64,000 nucleotides of DNA from an uncultured Actinomycetes bacterium (GCA_963775795.1 CAVZKC010000004.1:1683757-1747756), one strand, 5' to 3'; positions 28,726 through 38,523 are shown, counted from the first letter of the stretch. The notes: generated by a model from the sequence alone, not told the origin. Program-made: numbers and translations.

Positions 28726-29649
28726 CTACCCGAGGGCGGGGAGTACCTGGCGCCCGGCGAGGCTGGTGGCATACAGGTCTCCGAGGCGTCGGACGCGCTC
28801 CACGACCATGCTCGGTGTGAAACGCAGCGCCGACTCGTCGCGGCCTCGAACCGCGTCGTCCAGCTCGTCCCAGGACACGGGGGTGGATGCGCTCGGTTGG
28901 TCGGTCGCCCGTAGCGAGTACGCGCACACGGTCGTCTTGTGCTCGTCGTTCTGGCTCCAGTCGACGAACACCCGGCCCTCGCGTTGGGTGCGAGCCATCG
29001 CCACCGTCACCCTGCCGGGGTCCCGTGCCGCCAGCAACCCCGCGAGCGCAAGGGCGAACGCCTTGGTCGCGTCGGCATCGACCGTCGCCGCGATCGGTAC
29101 CGACAGATGCAGGCCCTTTCCGCCTGACGTCTTGACGGCCGCATCCAGACCGAGCTGTTCGAGGAGGCCACGGAGCTCGAGCGCGACCCGACCACAATCG
29201 AGGATCCCCGCGGGCGCGCCGGGATCAAGATCGAAGACGACCGCGGTCGGGTGGGTCGGATCGGCCGCGCACGCCTGGGGTGTGTGGAGCTCGAGGGCGG
29301 CCAGGTTCGCGACCCAGACGAGCCCGGGGAGGTCCGCGACGGAACAGGCCTGGATGTCTGAATCGTGGGAGAGTGCGACGGTCTCGAGCCACTCCGGCCG
29401 GTGTCCAGGACACCGCTTCTCGAAGAACCGCTCGCCCGTGACGCCGTCAGGCAGACGCACCATTGTGAGCGGCCGATCCTCGAGGTGCGGAAGCATCGCC
29501 GGCGCCACTTGGGCGTAGTAGTCGATCACCTGGCCTTTGGTGAAGCCGGTGGTGGGGTAGAGGATCTTCGCCAGGTTCGTGAGCCGCAGATGGCGCCCGT
29601 CGACGGTGGCGGTCGTCGCGTTCTGCGGGTTTTTGGATCGAGCCGCCAC
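28726..29649 (-). CDS. NHEJ DNA polymerase/primase, LigD polymerase-domain protein (stand-alone)
   Basis: LigD-Pol strings HLRLTNLAKILYP, VFDLDPG, KTSGGKGLHL, VDWSQNDEHKTTVCAYSLR; 307 aa, no ligase domain. Confidence 0.8.
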   Translation of the reverse strand: MAARSKNPQNATTATVDGRHLRLTNLAKILYPTTGFTKGQVIDYYAQVAPAMLPHLEDRPLTMVRLPDGVTGERFFEKRCPGHRPEWLETVALSHDSDIQACSVADLPGLVWVANLAALELHTPQACAADPTHPTAVVFDLDPGAPAGILDCGRVALELRGLLEQLGLDAAVKTSGGKGLHLSVPIAATVDADATKAFALALAGLLAARDPGRVTVAMARTQREGRVFVDWSQNDEHKTTVCAYSLRATDQPSASTPVSWDELDDAVRGRDESALRFTPSMVVERVRRLGDLYATSLAGRQVLPALG

Positions 29650-29691
29650 GACCTGCGAAGGTAGTGGTCTCCGACCGAAGGAGTCATCGCG

Positions 29692-30621
29692 GTGCCCAAT
29701 GCGATCTGGACGGGGTCGATCAGCTTCGGGTTGGTGACGGTGCCGGTGCGCCTCGTCTCGGCCACGCGTTCACGTGACGTGCGCTTCCACCAGCTCGAGG
29801 AGGGTACCGGCGCGCGCATCCGGTACCGCCGGGTCTCGGAGGCGACGGGTGACGAAGTGCCCAACGAACGCATCGTCAAGGGCTACGAGATCGAGCCCGG
29901 CCGCTACGTCGTGGTGGAAGCCGACGAGCTGGCCACCCTCGCACCGAAGTCGAGTCGCGAGATCGGGATCGAGGACTTCGTCGACCTCGAGGAGATCGAT
30001 CCGGTCTTCTTCGAGCAGCCCTACTACTTGCTGCCCGACAAGGACTCGTCGAAGGCCTACCGGTTGCTCGCCCAGGTGATGGAGGAGGAGGGCAAGGTTG
30101 CAATCGGGCGATTCGTGCTGCGCTCGAAGGAGGCGCTCGTCGCGATCCGCCCCGTGGACGGGATGCTGTGCCTCGAGACCATGCGCTACTCGGATGAAGT
30201 GCTCGAGCCGGCGATCGACCGCACGCTCGACGAGCGGGGTTCCGAGCCGAGTGAACGCGAGATGGCGATGGCCCGCCAGCTCGTCGAGACGTTGGCGGCG
30301 CCGTTCGACCCCGAGAAGTACCGCGACGAGTACCGCGACGAGCTGCTCGGCCTCATCGACCGGAAAGCGGCCGGCGAGGAGGTGGTCACCGGAATCGAGC
30401 CTCCCGAGGAGGGCAAGGTGCTCGATCTCATGGCTGCCCTCGAAGCCAGCCTGGCGCGCGGTAGCGACGAATCGGAGTCGACCTCGGCCGAGTCGGCGCC
30501 GTCCAAGGGCTCAGGGTCTCGCCGCGCGTCCGGGTCGGGCAAGTCAGCGAAGGCCGCCGCCAAGCCGGACACGAAGTCCGCGCGCAAGGCCCCCGGAAAG
30601 CGGGCGCGCAAGTCCGCCTGA
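29692..30621 (+). CDS. ku: Ku protein (NHEJ DNA end-binding)
   Basis: N-terminal AIWTGSISFGLVTVPVRL, central YEIEPGRYVVVEADEL; GAAGGAG RBS; Lys-rich C-terminal tail. Confidence 0.9.
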   Translation: MPNAIWTGSISFGLVTVPVRLVSATRSRDVRFHQLEEGTGARIRYRRVSEATGDEVPNERIVKGYEIEPGRYVVVEADELATLAPKSSREIGIEDFVDLEEIDPVFFEQPYYLLPDKDSSKAYRLLAQVMEEEGKVAIGRFVLRSKEALVAIRPVDGMLCLETMRYSDEVLEPAIDRTLDERGSEPSEREMAMARQLVETLAAPFDPEKYRDEYRDELLGLIDRKAAGEEVVTGIEPPEEGKVLDLMAALEASLARGSDESESTSAESAPSKGSGSRRASGSGKSAKAAAKPDTKSARKAPGKRARKSA

Positions 30622-30654
30622 GCTCTCGCGGCCCGCACACCACGGGCAGGGCTG

Positions 30655-30876
30655 CTACGACGCGCGACGAGCGGGGACCTCGACGCGGGGCCGACGGGGG
30701 AGCACGATCGTCTTGGACGCATGGCTGACCTCGATGGGGTGATCATCTTCGAGCCAGCCGCAGCTGCACACGAGCGTGTCGCCCGCCGAGGGTACGAACC
30801 CGCTACACGCCTCGAAGCGCATGCCGACCAGAGTGCTCGTCCTGTCCATCGAAACCGTGCCAGCCATGCGATTCAT
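30655..30876 (-). CDS. Small hypothetical protein downstream of flotillin
   Basis: ORF only; CSCGW motif; no strong RBS seen. Confidence 0.3.
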   Translation of the reverse strand: MNRMAGTVSMDRTSTLVGMRFEACSGFVPSAGDTLVCSCGWLEDDHPIEVSHASKTIVLPRRPRVEVPARRAS

Positions 30877-30953
30877 GCCCTTTCACGCGTCCACCGGCCG
30901 GTGTTCCGGCCGATTCGCATGGTCGCGTGGGGGTGTGACACCCATCCCGAGGC

Positions 30954-33050
30954 TCAGCTGGCGTCGGGCTCAGGGCCTTCGACCGCCTCGTCGTCCGCGC
31001 CGGGCGCGTCATGCCTCGCGATGATCTCGGCGGCACGCGCCGGCGCGGTGTCGTGAGGCGCAGCGTCGCTGCTCGCGCCGTTGCCGCGATTGGCTCCGTT
31101 GCCGAGGTATCGCATCAAGGTCGCCGCCAGGCCGTCGACCGGGCCTCCGCCGCCCCCGCCGGTGACGAGCACCTCCGGCACGATCGTCACGTGGCCCTCG
31201 GCGACCGCGTTGGCGACCGCCACGACTGCGGTCGCGGCGCCGCCCAGCGCGTCCTTTTGCGCCTCGAATCCGATCGCTCGCGCCAGGCCGAGCGCCTCGG
31301 CGGCCTTCGCCTCCGCCAACCCGATTGCTTCGACACGCGTCGCCTCCGCGTGTCCGGTGAGCTCGACGAACGCCGCCTCGCCCCGCCCCTCGGCTTCGCG
31401 TGCCTCCGCCTCGTTGCTCTTGATCTGGACGCCGACCTGCGCCCCCGCCAGCTGCGCTTGCATGTCGGCCGTACCCTTCGCCTTCTCCATCTCGATGCGC
31501 GAGGTCTGCGCGCGCTGCTGTTCCTCGAAGGTCGCCTTCTCCTGGTTGGCGATCTCGCGCTGCGTGAGCACCAGCACCAGCGAGTCGGGGAACGCGACGT
31601 CTTGGATGTAGACGCCCTTGGTCTCCACCTCGTACTGGCTCAGATATCGCGTGATCGCCTCGAACGCGGAGTGCTGCACCTCCTCGCGTGTCTCGATGAA
31701 CTTGACCGCTTCGAGACCCTGCAGCGTGTTTCGGAAGTGGTTGCCCACCGCGGACTGGAGCACCTCGCTCACGAGGTTGCGCATCGTGCCGACCATCGAG
31801 ATCACCTTGGGGGCGCGTGTGTCGGGCACGTGGATCTGCACCTGCAGGTCGATCTGGAAGATGAAGCCCTCGCGGCTCTTCCCCACGATCGACGACAGCT
31901 GGGCGTCGAGGTCGTGGGCCTCTGACGTCGCCGCGGCCCAGTTCAGGGTGAGGATGAACGTGGGTACGATCTCCGCGTCGTACACGCGCGGGTTGATCGG
32001 GTACTTCCCGGTGCGGAGCGGCTCAGTCCAGATACCCCGGTGACCGGGCCGGACGATGGAGCCGAACTTGAACTCGGTCCCCGACGTGTCGGCGGTGGGA
32101 AGACCCACGAACCCCTTGATCACTGCGACCTCACCCTGGTTCACCACCAGCATCGGCACGATGTCCACGCGGACGAGGAACGGGTTCAGCAGGTACGCGC
32201 CGTAGAGCAGCGGGTCGTGCTGCAGCCCGATCCGACCCCCGGCGTCGAGAAACGCCTGATAGTCCTGGTAGTTGTTGTGCAGCGTGTTCTTGCTGCCGAG
32301 CAGGCGGTCGATCAGCTCGGCGTCGCTCACGGGCTCGGCACCCGCGGCCTCGCCCGCTTCGATCGCCGAAATGTCGTCGAAGCCTCCGAGCCGGCTCGCG
32401 ATGTCGCCGGACGACAATGGCTCGCCCTCGAGGGCAGTCACGACGCCGATGATGTCGATCTCTCCATCGGGCGCGATCACGACGACTCGGAGCTGGTCCG
32501 ACGACAGCCCGAACGACTCGGGCGTCAGCGTGCCTGCACCGGACTGGTCGACGAGGTCGGGTGACACGGGGAGCCCATACACGCTCTGCGCCGTGATCAC
32601 GAGGAACGCGACGGGGTGGATCGGGAGCAGCGTGCCGGGCGGGAGCACCGGACGCTGCACACCCTTCTCGCCGCCTTGCTCAACGAAGCGCTCGAGGGTC
32701 GAGAAGTTTCCGAAGCCCGGCCGGTAGTGGGCGCTCTTCGCACCGATCGGCAGCGGAGCGCCGACTTGTGCGATCACGACCCCGATCTCACCGGCTGGCA
32801 CTTGCACCCAGGGGAACTTCCGCACCGTGAAGATCGGCCAGAGCTTGACGCGCAGGCCCGGCATGAGGAGTGTCCCCTGATAGCCGGCCTCGCCATGGAA
32901 CGCGATCGGGTTGTCCTCGCCGAGCTTGCGGAGGCTGAGCCGCTTCGAGACGAGCCCCACTTCCGCGGCTCCGATGAGGTGAACCGACTTGTATACCGCG
33001 AACACGATGATCGCCGCGACGACCACGCCCACGATCAGACCGCCCATCAT
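30954..33050 (-). CDS. Flotillin-family SPFH domain membrane protein (698 aa)
   Basis: GAGGAGAG RBS; N-terminal TM helix GGLIVGVVVAAIIVFAVY; SPFH core and long Ala/Glu-rich coiled coil (EQQRAQTSRIEMEKAKGTADMQAQLAGA). Confidence 0.8.
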   Translation of the reverse strand: MMGGLIVGVVVAAIIVFAVYKSVHLIGAAEVGLVSKRLSLRKLGEDNPIAFHGEAGYQGTLLMPGLRVKLWPIFTVRKFPWVQVPAGEIGVVIAQVGAPLPIGAKSAHYRPGFGNFSTLERFVEQGGEKGVQRPVLPPGTLLPIHPVAFLVITAQSVYGLPVSPDLVDQSGAGTLTPESFGLSSDQLRVVVIAPDGEIDIIGVVTALEGEPLSSGDIASRLGGFDDISAIEAGEAAGAEPVSDAELIDRLLGSKNTLHNNYQDYQAFLDAGGRIGLQHDPLLYGAYLLNPFLVRVDIVPMLVVNQGEVAVIKGFVGLPTADTSGTEFKFGSIVRPGHRGIWTEPLRTGKYPINPRVYDAEIVPTFILTLNWAAATSEAHDLDAQLSSIVGKSREGFIFQIDLQVQIHVPDTRAPKVISMVGTMRNLVSEVLQSAVGNHFRNTLQGLEAVKFIETREEVQHSAFEAITRYLSQYEVETKGVYIQDVAFPDSLVLVLTQREIANQEKATFEEQQRAQTSRIEMEKAKGTADMQAQLAGAQVGVQIKSNEAEAREAEGRGEAAFVELTGHAEATRVEAIGLAEAKAAEALGLARAIGFEAQKDALGGAATAVVAVANAVAEGHVTIVPEVLVTGGGGGGPVDGLAATLMRYLGNGANRGNGASSDAAPHDTAPARAAEIIARHDAPGADDEAVEGPEPDAS

Positions 33051-33898
33051 GCTCTCCTCTCGGGCCGAACGGCCCTTGCCGCGAATGGTACGGCTCGCAG
33101 GCTCTCCGGATGGGTGGAAGGGCCCGGAAGCCAGATCGCTCCTTCGCGGCGCGCGATGGTGTCGCCGCACTGGGGGAGCTGCGCCAGCTCGTCCGAATGC
33201 TCTGCCATGGCGCGCGCGGAGAGGAGCGCGTCGAACGCGTCCTCGCTGGCGATCGCCCGCGTCGCGAGGGCGGGCTCGAGGCCCGGCAGCTCGCGATCCA
33301 GGTAGGCGACCCGCGCCGTCCGGTCGGACTTGACGACGGGCCCGGTCAACACGCGCGGGTAGATCTCCACGATCACGGGAAGGGCCGGCGTGTCGTGGAA
33401 CGGCCAGATGCGAAAGCCGTGGTCTCGCAGCCGGGCGAGCAAAGGCATGCCTCGCAGCGAACCGGTTCCCACCGACCCGACGCCTCCGATCTGGAACGTC
33501 GACTTGGGTCGGACGCCGCCGACGGCAGGCATCTCCGATTCGGTGACCCGGAGCGCGGCGGATGTGTCGCCGGGCCGACGCGTGCCGGGTCGACCCCAGA
33601 AGGGAGGCGCGCACGCAGCGAGGATCGCCTCGCCGTCGCTTCGCAGATGCGCCCACAGCTCGTCGGCCGTGCCCAACCCCTGTGCGTCGAGGTACCAGGT
33701 GGGCAGGGAGAAGGAGAAGTCGATGCCGACCGCGAGCTCGGGGTCTTCAGCCGCGAGCTCGATGAGGTGGTCCGTCAGCTCTTCCCGTGTGCGACCGCAC
33801 TCGAGTCGTTGCACTTCGCCGCCGCCGACGTCCGCGAGCCAGATGGAGCGCTGTGCGCCGTGCTTCGCGCCCGACCAGTCGACCGCGACGACTCGCAC
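33047..33898 (-). CDS. DUF429-like protein (RNase H-fold, N-terminal MRVVAVDWSG)
   Basis: N-terminal motif typical of DUF429; stop overlaps the flotillin start (ATGA). Confidence 0.6.
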   Translation of the reverse strand: MRVVAVDWSGAKHGAQRSIWLADVGGGEVQRLECGRTREELTDHLIELAAEDPELAVGIDFSFSLPTWYLDAQGLGTADELWAHLRSDGEAILAACAPPFWGRPGTRRPGDTSAALRVTESEMPAVGGVRPKSTFQIGGVGSVGTGSLRGMPLLARLRDHGFRIWPFHDTPALPVIVEIYPRVLTGPVVKSDRTARVAYLDRELPGLEPALATRAIASEDAFDALLSARAMAEHSDELAQLPQCGDTIARREGAIWLPGPSTHPESLRAVPFAARAVRPERRA

Positions 33899-33901
33899 GC
33901 G

Positions 33902-34636
33902 CTACGCGGTCGCCCAGACGAGGATCTCGGCGCCCACGTTGCCGGCGGTGAGCTCGAGCGGTCCCTCGTCGGTGAGTCGGATCGCGTCGCCCGGCGTCAA
34001 CGTGGTGGTGTCCCGCCCGTTGTGCACCGTCGCGGTCCCGATCGGGACGAAGACGTGCACGTGAGTGGCTTGCGGGACCGTCACCTGCTCCGCAGTCCCG
34101 AGCCGCCCGCCCCAGAGCACCGCGTCGCGCTGGTGGATGGTGACCGCGCCCTCATGGCCCTGGCCGGACGCGATCGCGACGAGCCCACCGCCGGCGAGCG
34201 CGTCACCGAGATCGCGCTGCTCGTACCCGGGCTCGAGACCGTTCGCGTCGGGCGGGACCCACATCTGCACGAGGTGGACGTCCGCAGACGCGCTGGCGTT
34301 GACCTCGGAGTGCGTGATGCCGTGGCCGGCGCTCATGCGTTGTGCGAGGCCCGGATAGATCACCCCGACCGTCCCGATGCTGTCGCGGTGCTCGAGCTCG
34401 CCGTGGAGGACCCAGGTGACGATCTCCATGTCCCGGTGCGCGTGCGTGCCGAATCCGCCCCCACCGCGGATGACGTCGTCGTTGTTGACGAGCAGGAGGC
34501 CGTGGTGGGTGTTCTCGGGGTCGTAGTGCCGGGAGAAGCTGAAGCTGTGCCACGAGTCGAGCCAGTCGAGCTCGGTGTGGAACCGCTCGGAGGCGCGGCG
34601 CAGGTCGATCACTGCTCGGAGCGTACGCCCCGCCAT
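33902..34636 (-). CDS. Pirin family protein (bicupin)
   Basis: HSFSFSRHYDPENTHHGLLLVNNDD and HAHRDMEIVTWVLHGELEHRDS cupin metal site. Confidence 0.8.
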   Translation of the reverse strand: MAGRTLRAVIDLRRASERFHTELDWLDSWHSFSFSRHYDPENTHHGLLLVNNDDVIRGGGGFGTHAHRDMEIVTWVLHGELEHRDSIGTVGVIYPGLAQRMSAGHGITHSEVNASASADVHLVQMWVPPDANGLEPGYEQRDLGDALAGGGLVAIASGQGHEGAVTIHQRDAVLWGGRLGTAEQVTVPQATHVHVFVPIGTATVHNGRDTTTLTPGDAIRLTDEGPLELTAGNVGAEILVWATA

Positions 34637-34865
34637 GGACGCCTCGCCGACGCCGTGCTGGAGTCGGCGCACTACGGAGCGTGAGATCGTGCTAAAGGGA
34701 TTTGTCGTATATTCGGTGCCTTGCGAAGGCGCTCCGCGGCCGTTGGCAAGCCCTGGATCGAGCGCTGGCCCACTCCTCGTGACCGATCACCCCCAGATTT
34801 CGCGTGTACAGTGGCGGCTCACCGCAGAGAGTGGCGGAGTTATCGAGGCGCTGAGAGGAAGTTTC

Positions 34866-35390
34866 GTGCGAAGAGCACTCGGAGTCATCGTCGGGGCCGT
34901 GCTCGCCGTCGCTGCTGTGTCACCCGCGTTCGCGGGCGCGCAGGAGGTCGCGACGCAGTCTCCCAGCACGTGCAGTTTCTCGATCGATCCCTCGACACTG
35001 TCCGCAGTGGGCACTGTCACCATCACCGGCACCGCCCCGGAGCCCTCCCAGGTCACCGTGTACGTGGATGGTCACGACGTCGGTACAACGCCCACCGTGA
35101 ACGGTTCGTGGTCGCTGGCCGTCCCCGACGTGAAGCCGGGCGCGAACCTGTCCGCGAACTACTCCGACGGTGACGGGAACGCGTACACGCACGACTGCTC
35201 CGGTGCCGGGGGCGTGAGCGTCGAGCGCGTGATCGTCGACCCGGTGGCCGTGCAGGCCGCGGGGGCACAGCTCGCGTTTACGGGATCGTCGAACACCTCG
35301 ACCTACGTGATCGTGGGCGCGGCCGCGTTACTCGCAGGACTCGTCCTGCTGTTCCTCGCCCGTCGGCGCAGCATCCACTCGAACTCGTAG
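34866..35390 (+). CDS. Cell-wall-anchored surface protein with LAFTG sortase signal
   Basis: GAGGAAG RBS + GTG; signal peptide; C-terminal LAFTG followed by a hydrophobic helix and RRRS. Confidence 0.7.
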   Translation: MRRALGVIVGAVLAVAAVSPAFAGAQEVATQSPSTCSFSIDPSTLSAVGTVTITGTAPEPSQVTVYVDGHDVGTTPTVNGSWSLAVPDVKPGANLSANYSDGDGNAYTHDCSGAGGVSVERVIVDPVAVQAAGAQLAFTGSSNTSTYVIVGAAALLAGLVLLFLARRRSIHSNS

Positions 35391-35459
35391 GGTCCGATAG
35401 CCTGCGCGTGCCTTTCGCTCCGGGTAGGGAGCGGAACCGACACGATCGAGGTGGTGCGG

Positions 35460-35657
35460 ATGGCGTGGAAGGTCGTCGTCGACTTCGACAAGTGCGAGAG
35501 CAACGCGGTGTGCATGGGCGTGGCGCCTGAGGTCTTCGAGGTGCGCGACGACAACTTCTTGTACATCCTCCAGGAGAATCCACCCGACGAGCTTCGCCCC
35601 AAGGTCGAGGACGCGGTGCGCGGCTGCCCCAAGCAGGCGATCAGCATCGAGGAATGA
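35460..35657 (+). CDS. Ferredoxin (single-cluster, 3Fe-4S/4Fe-4S type)
   Basis: KVVVDFDKCESNAVCMGVAP ... GCPKQAI; ~65 aa. Confidence 0.8.
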   Translation: MAWKVVVDFDKCESNAVCMGVAPEVFEVRDDNFLYILQENPPDELRPKVEDAVRGCPKQAISIEE

Positions 35658-35672
35658 ACCCGCCTCGTCGAG

Positions 35673-36539
35673 GTGACCACCAGCCCTGACGTGCATCCCC
35701 GGCGGCATCTCGTCGAAGGCGAGGGTCTGCGTGTCGTCGCGCTCGATTGGGGTGGCGACGGTCCGCCTCTCCTGTTCCTCCACGCCAACGGCTTCTGCGG
35801 CGGTGCCTTCGAACCGCTGTGCGCGCTGCTCCGTTCCCGCTCGCGACCGATCACGATCGATCTCCGTGGGCACGGTGGGAGCGATCGGCCCGAGCTCGAC
35901 GCGTGCTCGTGGAGCCTCATGGCGCACGACGTGCTCGCGGTGCTCGATCGGTTGGAGCTCCCCGACGTGCTCGTGGTGGGCCATTCGCTGGGCGGGTCGG
36001 TCGCCATGATCCTCGACGAGCTCCGCGCGGGTGTCGTGGAACGAGCGCTGTTGTGCGAGGCGGTGGCCGTGGACGAAGCACACGCGAGCGGAATCGGCCA
36101 GGTCGCCCAGCGTCAAGCTGAGCGCGCCCGTCGCCGCCGCGCGGTGTGGCCGGATCGCGACGAGGCGCGGGCGTCCTACGCGGGCCGCCCGCCGCTCTCC
36201 AGCTTCGCGCCCGAGTCACTCGACGCCTACCTGCGGTGGGGGTTCCACGATCGGCCCGACGGCCAAGTGGAGCTCGCGTGCGAACCCGAGGTCGAGGCGG
36301 CCGTCTTCGAAGCGGGCGCGGCGACGGACGGTGCGCCACGCGCGTTCGCACACCTTCCCGCGATGGCCGGTCGCGCGACGATCGTGCGCGGCGATGCGAC
36401 GGAGCTGCCCGCCGCCATGTTCGAGGCGCAGGCCCGGTGTCTGTCGACGACGGCGCTCGTCGTTGCCGGGACCCACTTCTTCGTCTACGAGGATGTGGCT
36501 GCGCTCGCCGCGCTCGTCGACCGCGCCCTGCTCGACTGA
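35673..36539 (+). CDS. Alpha/beta hydrolase
   Basis: HANGFCGG oxyanion region, nucleophile elbow GHSLGG. Confidence 0.8.
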   Translation: MTTSPDVHPRRHLVEGEGLRVVALDWGGDGPPLLFLHANGFCGGAFEPLCALLRSRSRPITIDLRGHGGSDRPELDACSWSLMAHDVLAVLDRLELPDVLVVGHSLGGSVAMILDELRAGVVERALLCEAVAVDEAHASGIGQVAQRQAERARRRRAVWPDRDEARASYAGRPPLSSFAPESLDAYLRWGFHDRPDGQVELACEPEVEAAVFEAGAATDGAPRAFAHLPAMAGRATIVRGDATELPAAMFEAQARCLSTTALVVAGTHFFVYEDVAALAALVDRALLD

Positions 36540-36555
36540 GCCGAGCGCGGGCGGC

Positions 36556-38160
36556 TCAACGCGCGACGGAGCGCGCCCACTCGCGATCGTGCTTTCCGAG
36601 CGCGGTCCGCTCGAGGTGGTCCACGAACACGATGCGGCGTGGACGCTTGAATCCGGCGAGACGCCCGTGGAGCCACGATGTGAGCTGGCCCGCGGAGAGC
36701 TTCGTGCCGGCATGCACGGCGACCACCGCCGCCACCGCTTCTCCCCAATCTTCGTGCGGATAGCCGACCACGACCGCGTCGTCGATGTCGGGGTGGGACG
36801 TGAGCAGATGCTCCACCTCGTCGGGCCAGACCTTCTCGCCGCCCGTACTGATGCAGGACGTGCCGCGCCCGAGCAGGACGACTCCGCCGGTTCCGTCGGG
36901 GATCGCCCAATCGCCGGGAACCGCGTGCCGTACGCCGTCGATCGTGCGGAAGGTCGCCGCGGTCCCGTCCGGATCGCCGTCGTATCCCTCGGCGATCGTC
37001 TGCGAGACGGCGAGGAGGCCTGCGTCGCCCGCGGAGACGTCGAGGCCACGCTCGTCCACCACTCGGGCGCGTGGTCCGAGCGTGAAGCGTGCATCGGCGC
37101 TCTGTCCCGGCTTCGTGGCGAGCGCGAACGCGTAGCCGGTGCCTTCGCTCGAACCGACGGAGTCGTACACGCTCTGCACCCCGTACCCGAGCAACGCATC
37201 CTTGAGAGGGGGGCTGAGGACGGCGCCGGAGTTGTGCACCCTGCGAATCGACGAGAGGTCGTAGGAGACGCCGCGTTGGCGGCCGGCATCGAGGGAGCCG
37301 ACGATCCTTCCGGCAACGGTGTCACCGATCACGCCCAAGACCGTCACACGCTCCCGCTCCACCGCCGCGCAGATCTCCTCGCCGTCGGTCCGACGTCCCG
37401 CGAGGAGCACAACGGTGCCGCCGAGCAGATGGGCGCTTTGGGCTTGGTGCGCAGCGCTGGCGTGGACGAGCGGCGTCGTGACGAGACAGATCGGGGCATT
37501 CCCATCTTTCCCGAGGGTCTGTGCGGTGCGTGCCGCCGCCTCGGGCGTGGCCGGAGGGTCGATGCCGACGACGGTGGCGGCCGACTCGATCGCCGCAGTC
37601 GCCAACGTGTCCTGGCGCCAGCACACGCCCTTGGGCCGCCCCGTGGTGCCACCCGTGTGCCAGAGCAGGAGGTCGTCGCCGGGCCGAGTGCGCCGGGGCA
37701 GTGGTTCGTGCGCGCGGACGAGGTCGTCGTAGGCGGTCGCCCCCCGCACCGGTGGTTCGGGGGCATCGCCCACCGTGACGAGCGCACGGAGCTCGGGGAG
37801 CTCGTCGCGAGCTTCGGCGACCGTCTGCGTCGCCGAGGCGGAGTACACGACCACCTCGGCGCGCGCCCGGGTCGCGAGCTCGGCCAGGTCGGCGGCGAGC
37901 AGGCGGTGGTTGATCCCGGCCGCTACTGCGCCGAGCTTCGAGCACGCGTAGACGCACTCCAGTAGCTCGACGACGTTGGGGAGAAAGAGGACGACCCGGC
38001 CTCCAGGTTGCAGGCCCGACGCGGCGAATCCCGCGGCGAGCCGCGCTGCTCGTTCCTCGTGCTCGCGCCAGGAGACCCGGCGATCGCCGCGAACCACTGC
38101 CAGGTGATCAGGAATCGCGCGCGCGATGGCGTCCCAGATCGTCGCGAAGCTCGCGTCCAT
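36556..38160 (-). CDS. AMP-dependent synthetase/ligase (acyl-CoA synthetase family)
   Basis: LWHTGGTTGRPKGV AMP-binding motif; ~534 aa. Confidence 0.85.
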   Translation of the reverse strand: MDASFATIWDAIARAIPDHLAVVRGDRRVSWREHEERAARLAAGFAASGLQPGGRVVLFLPNVVELLECVYACSKLGAVAAGINHRLLAADLAELATRARAEVVVYSASATQTVAEARDELPELRALVTVGDAPEPPVRGATAYDDLVRAHEPLPRRTRPGDDLLLWHTGGTTGRPKGVCWRQDTLATAAIESAATVVGIDPPATPEAAARTAQTLGKDGNAPICLVTTPLVHASAAHQAQSAHLLGGTVVLLAGRRTDGEEICAAVERERVTVLGVIGDTVAGRIVGSLDAGRQRGVSYDLSSIRRVHNSGAVLSPPLKDALLGYGVQSVYDSVGSSEGTGYAFALATKPGQSADARFTLGPRARVVDERGLDVSAGDAGLLAVSQTIAEGYDGDPDGTAATFRTIDGVRHAVPGDWAIPDGTGGVVLLGRGTSCISTGGEKVWPDEVEHLLTSHPDIDDAVVVGYPHEDWGEAVAAVVAVHAGTKLSAGQLTSWLHGRLAGFKRPRRIVFVDHLERTALGKHDREWARSVAR

Positions 38161-38226
38161 TGCCCGAGTATGCCGCGCAGAGCACCGGGTAGCCTGCTAC
38201 CCCGCCTGCGCGTGAGCGCAGTCGTG

Positions 38227-38300
38227 GCGGCGTAGCCGAGTGGCTCAGGCAAGGGTCTGCAAAACCCTGGACGCGGGTTCGATTCCCGCCGCCGCCTCCA
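38227..38300 (+). tRNA. tRNA-Cys (GCA)
   Basis: GGCGGCG acceptor pairs with CGCCGCC; anticodon loop CTGCAAA; GGTTCGATTCC T-loop; CCA encoded. Confidence 0.9.
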
Positions 38301-38358
38301 ACGTTTGCAATACACGCGGGGCCGCCGCTACGCCGTGGCGAGTCCACTTGCAAACGTC
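38300..38358. repeat. 11-bp inverted repeat (AACGTTTGCAA / TTGCAAACGTT) with a 37-bp GC-rich spacer abutting the tRNA 3' end
   Basis: Read directly from sequence. Confidence 0.6.
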
Positions 38359-38523
38359 GTGCCAACAAGAGGCACGGGTGTCGGAATTCCGTTCGCTGTC
38401 GGGCGACCTTAGGTCGCCTACCTACGCCGAGAAGGCGCACCTGATTTGTCGTTACTACGACGACGCCAGCGATGAGCGGGTGAACCGGTGGAGCCTTCCG
38501 CCGGAGCTCAACGGATTGCAGGT

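Noticed and set aside
36031-37965. 644-aa plus-strand ORF and 36216..37325 minus ORF
   Set aside because: Out of frame or antisense to the acyl-CoA synthetase, which carries the AMP-binding motif
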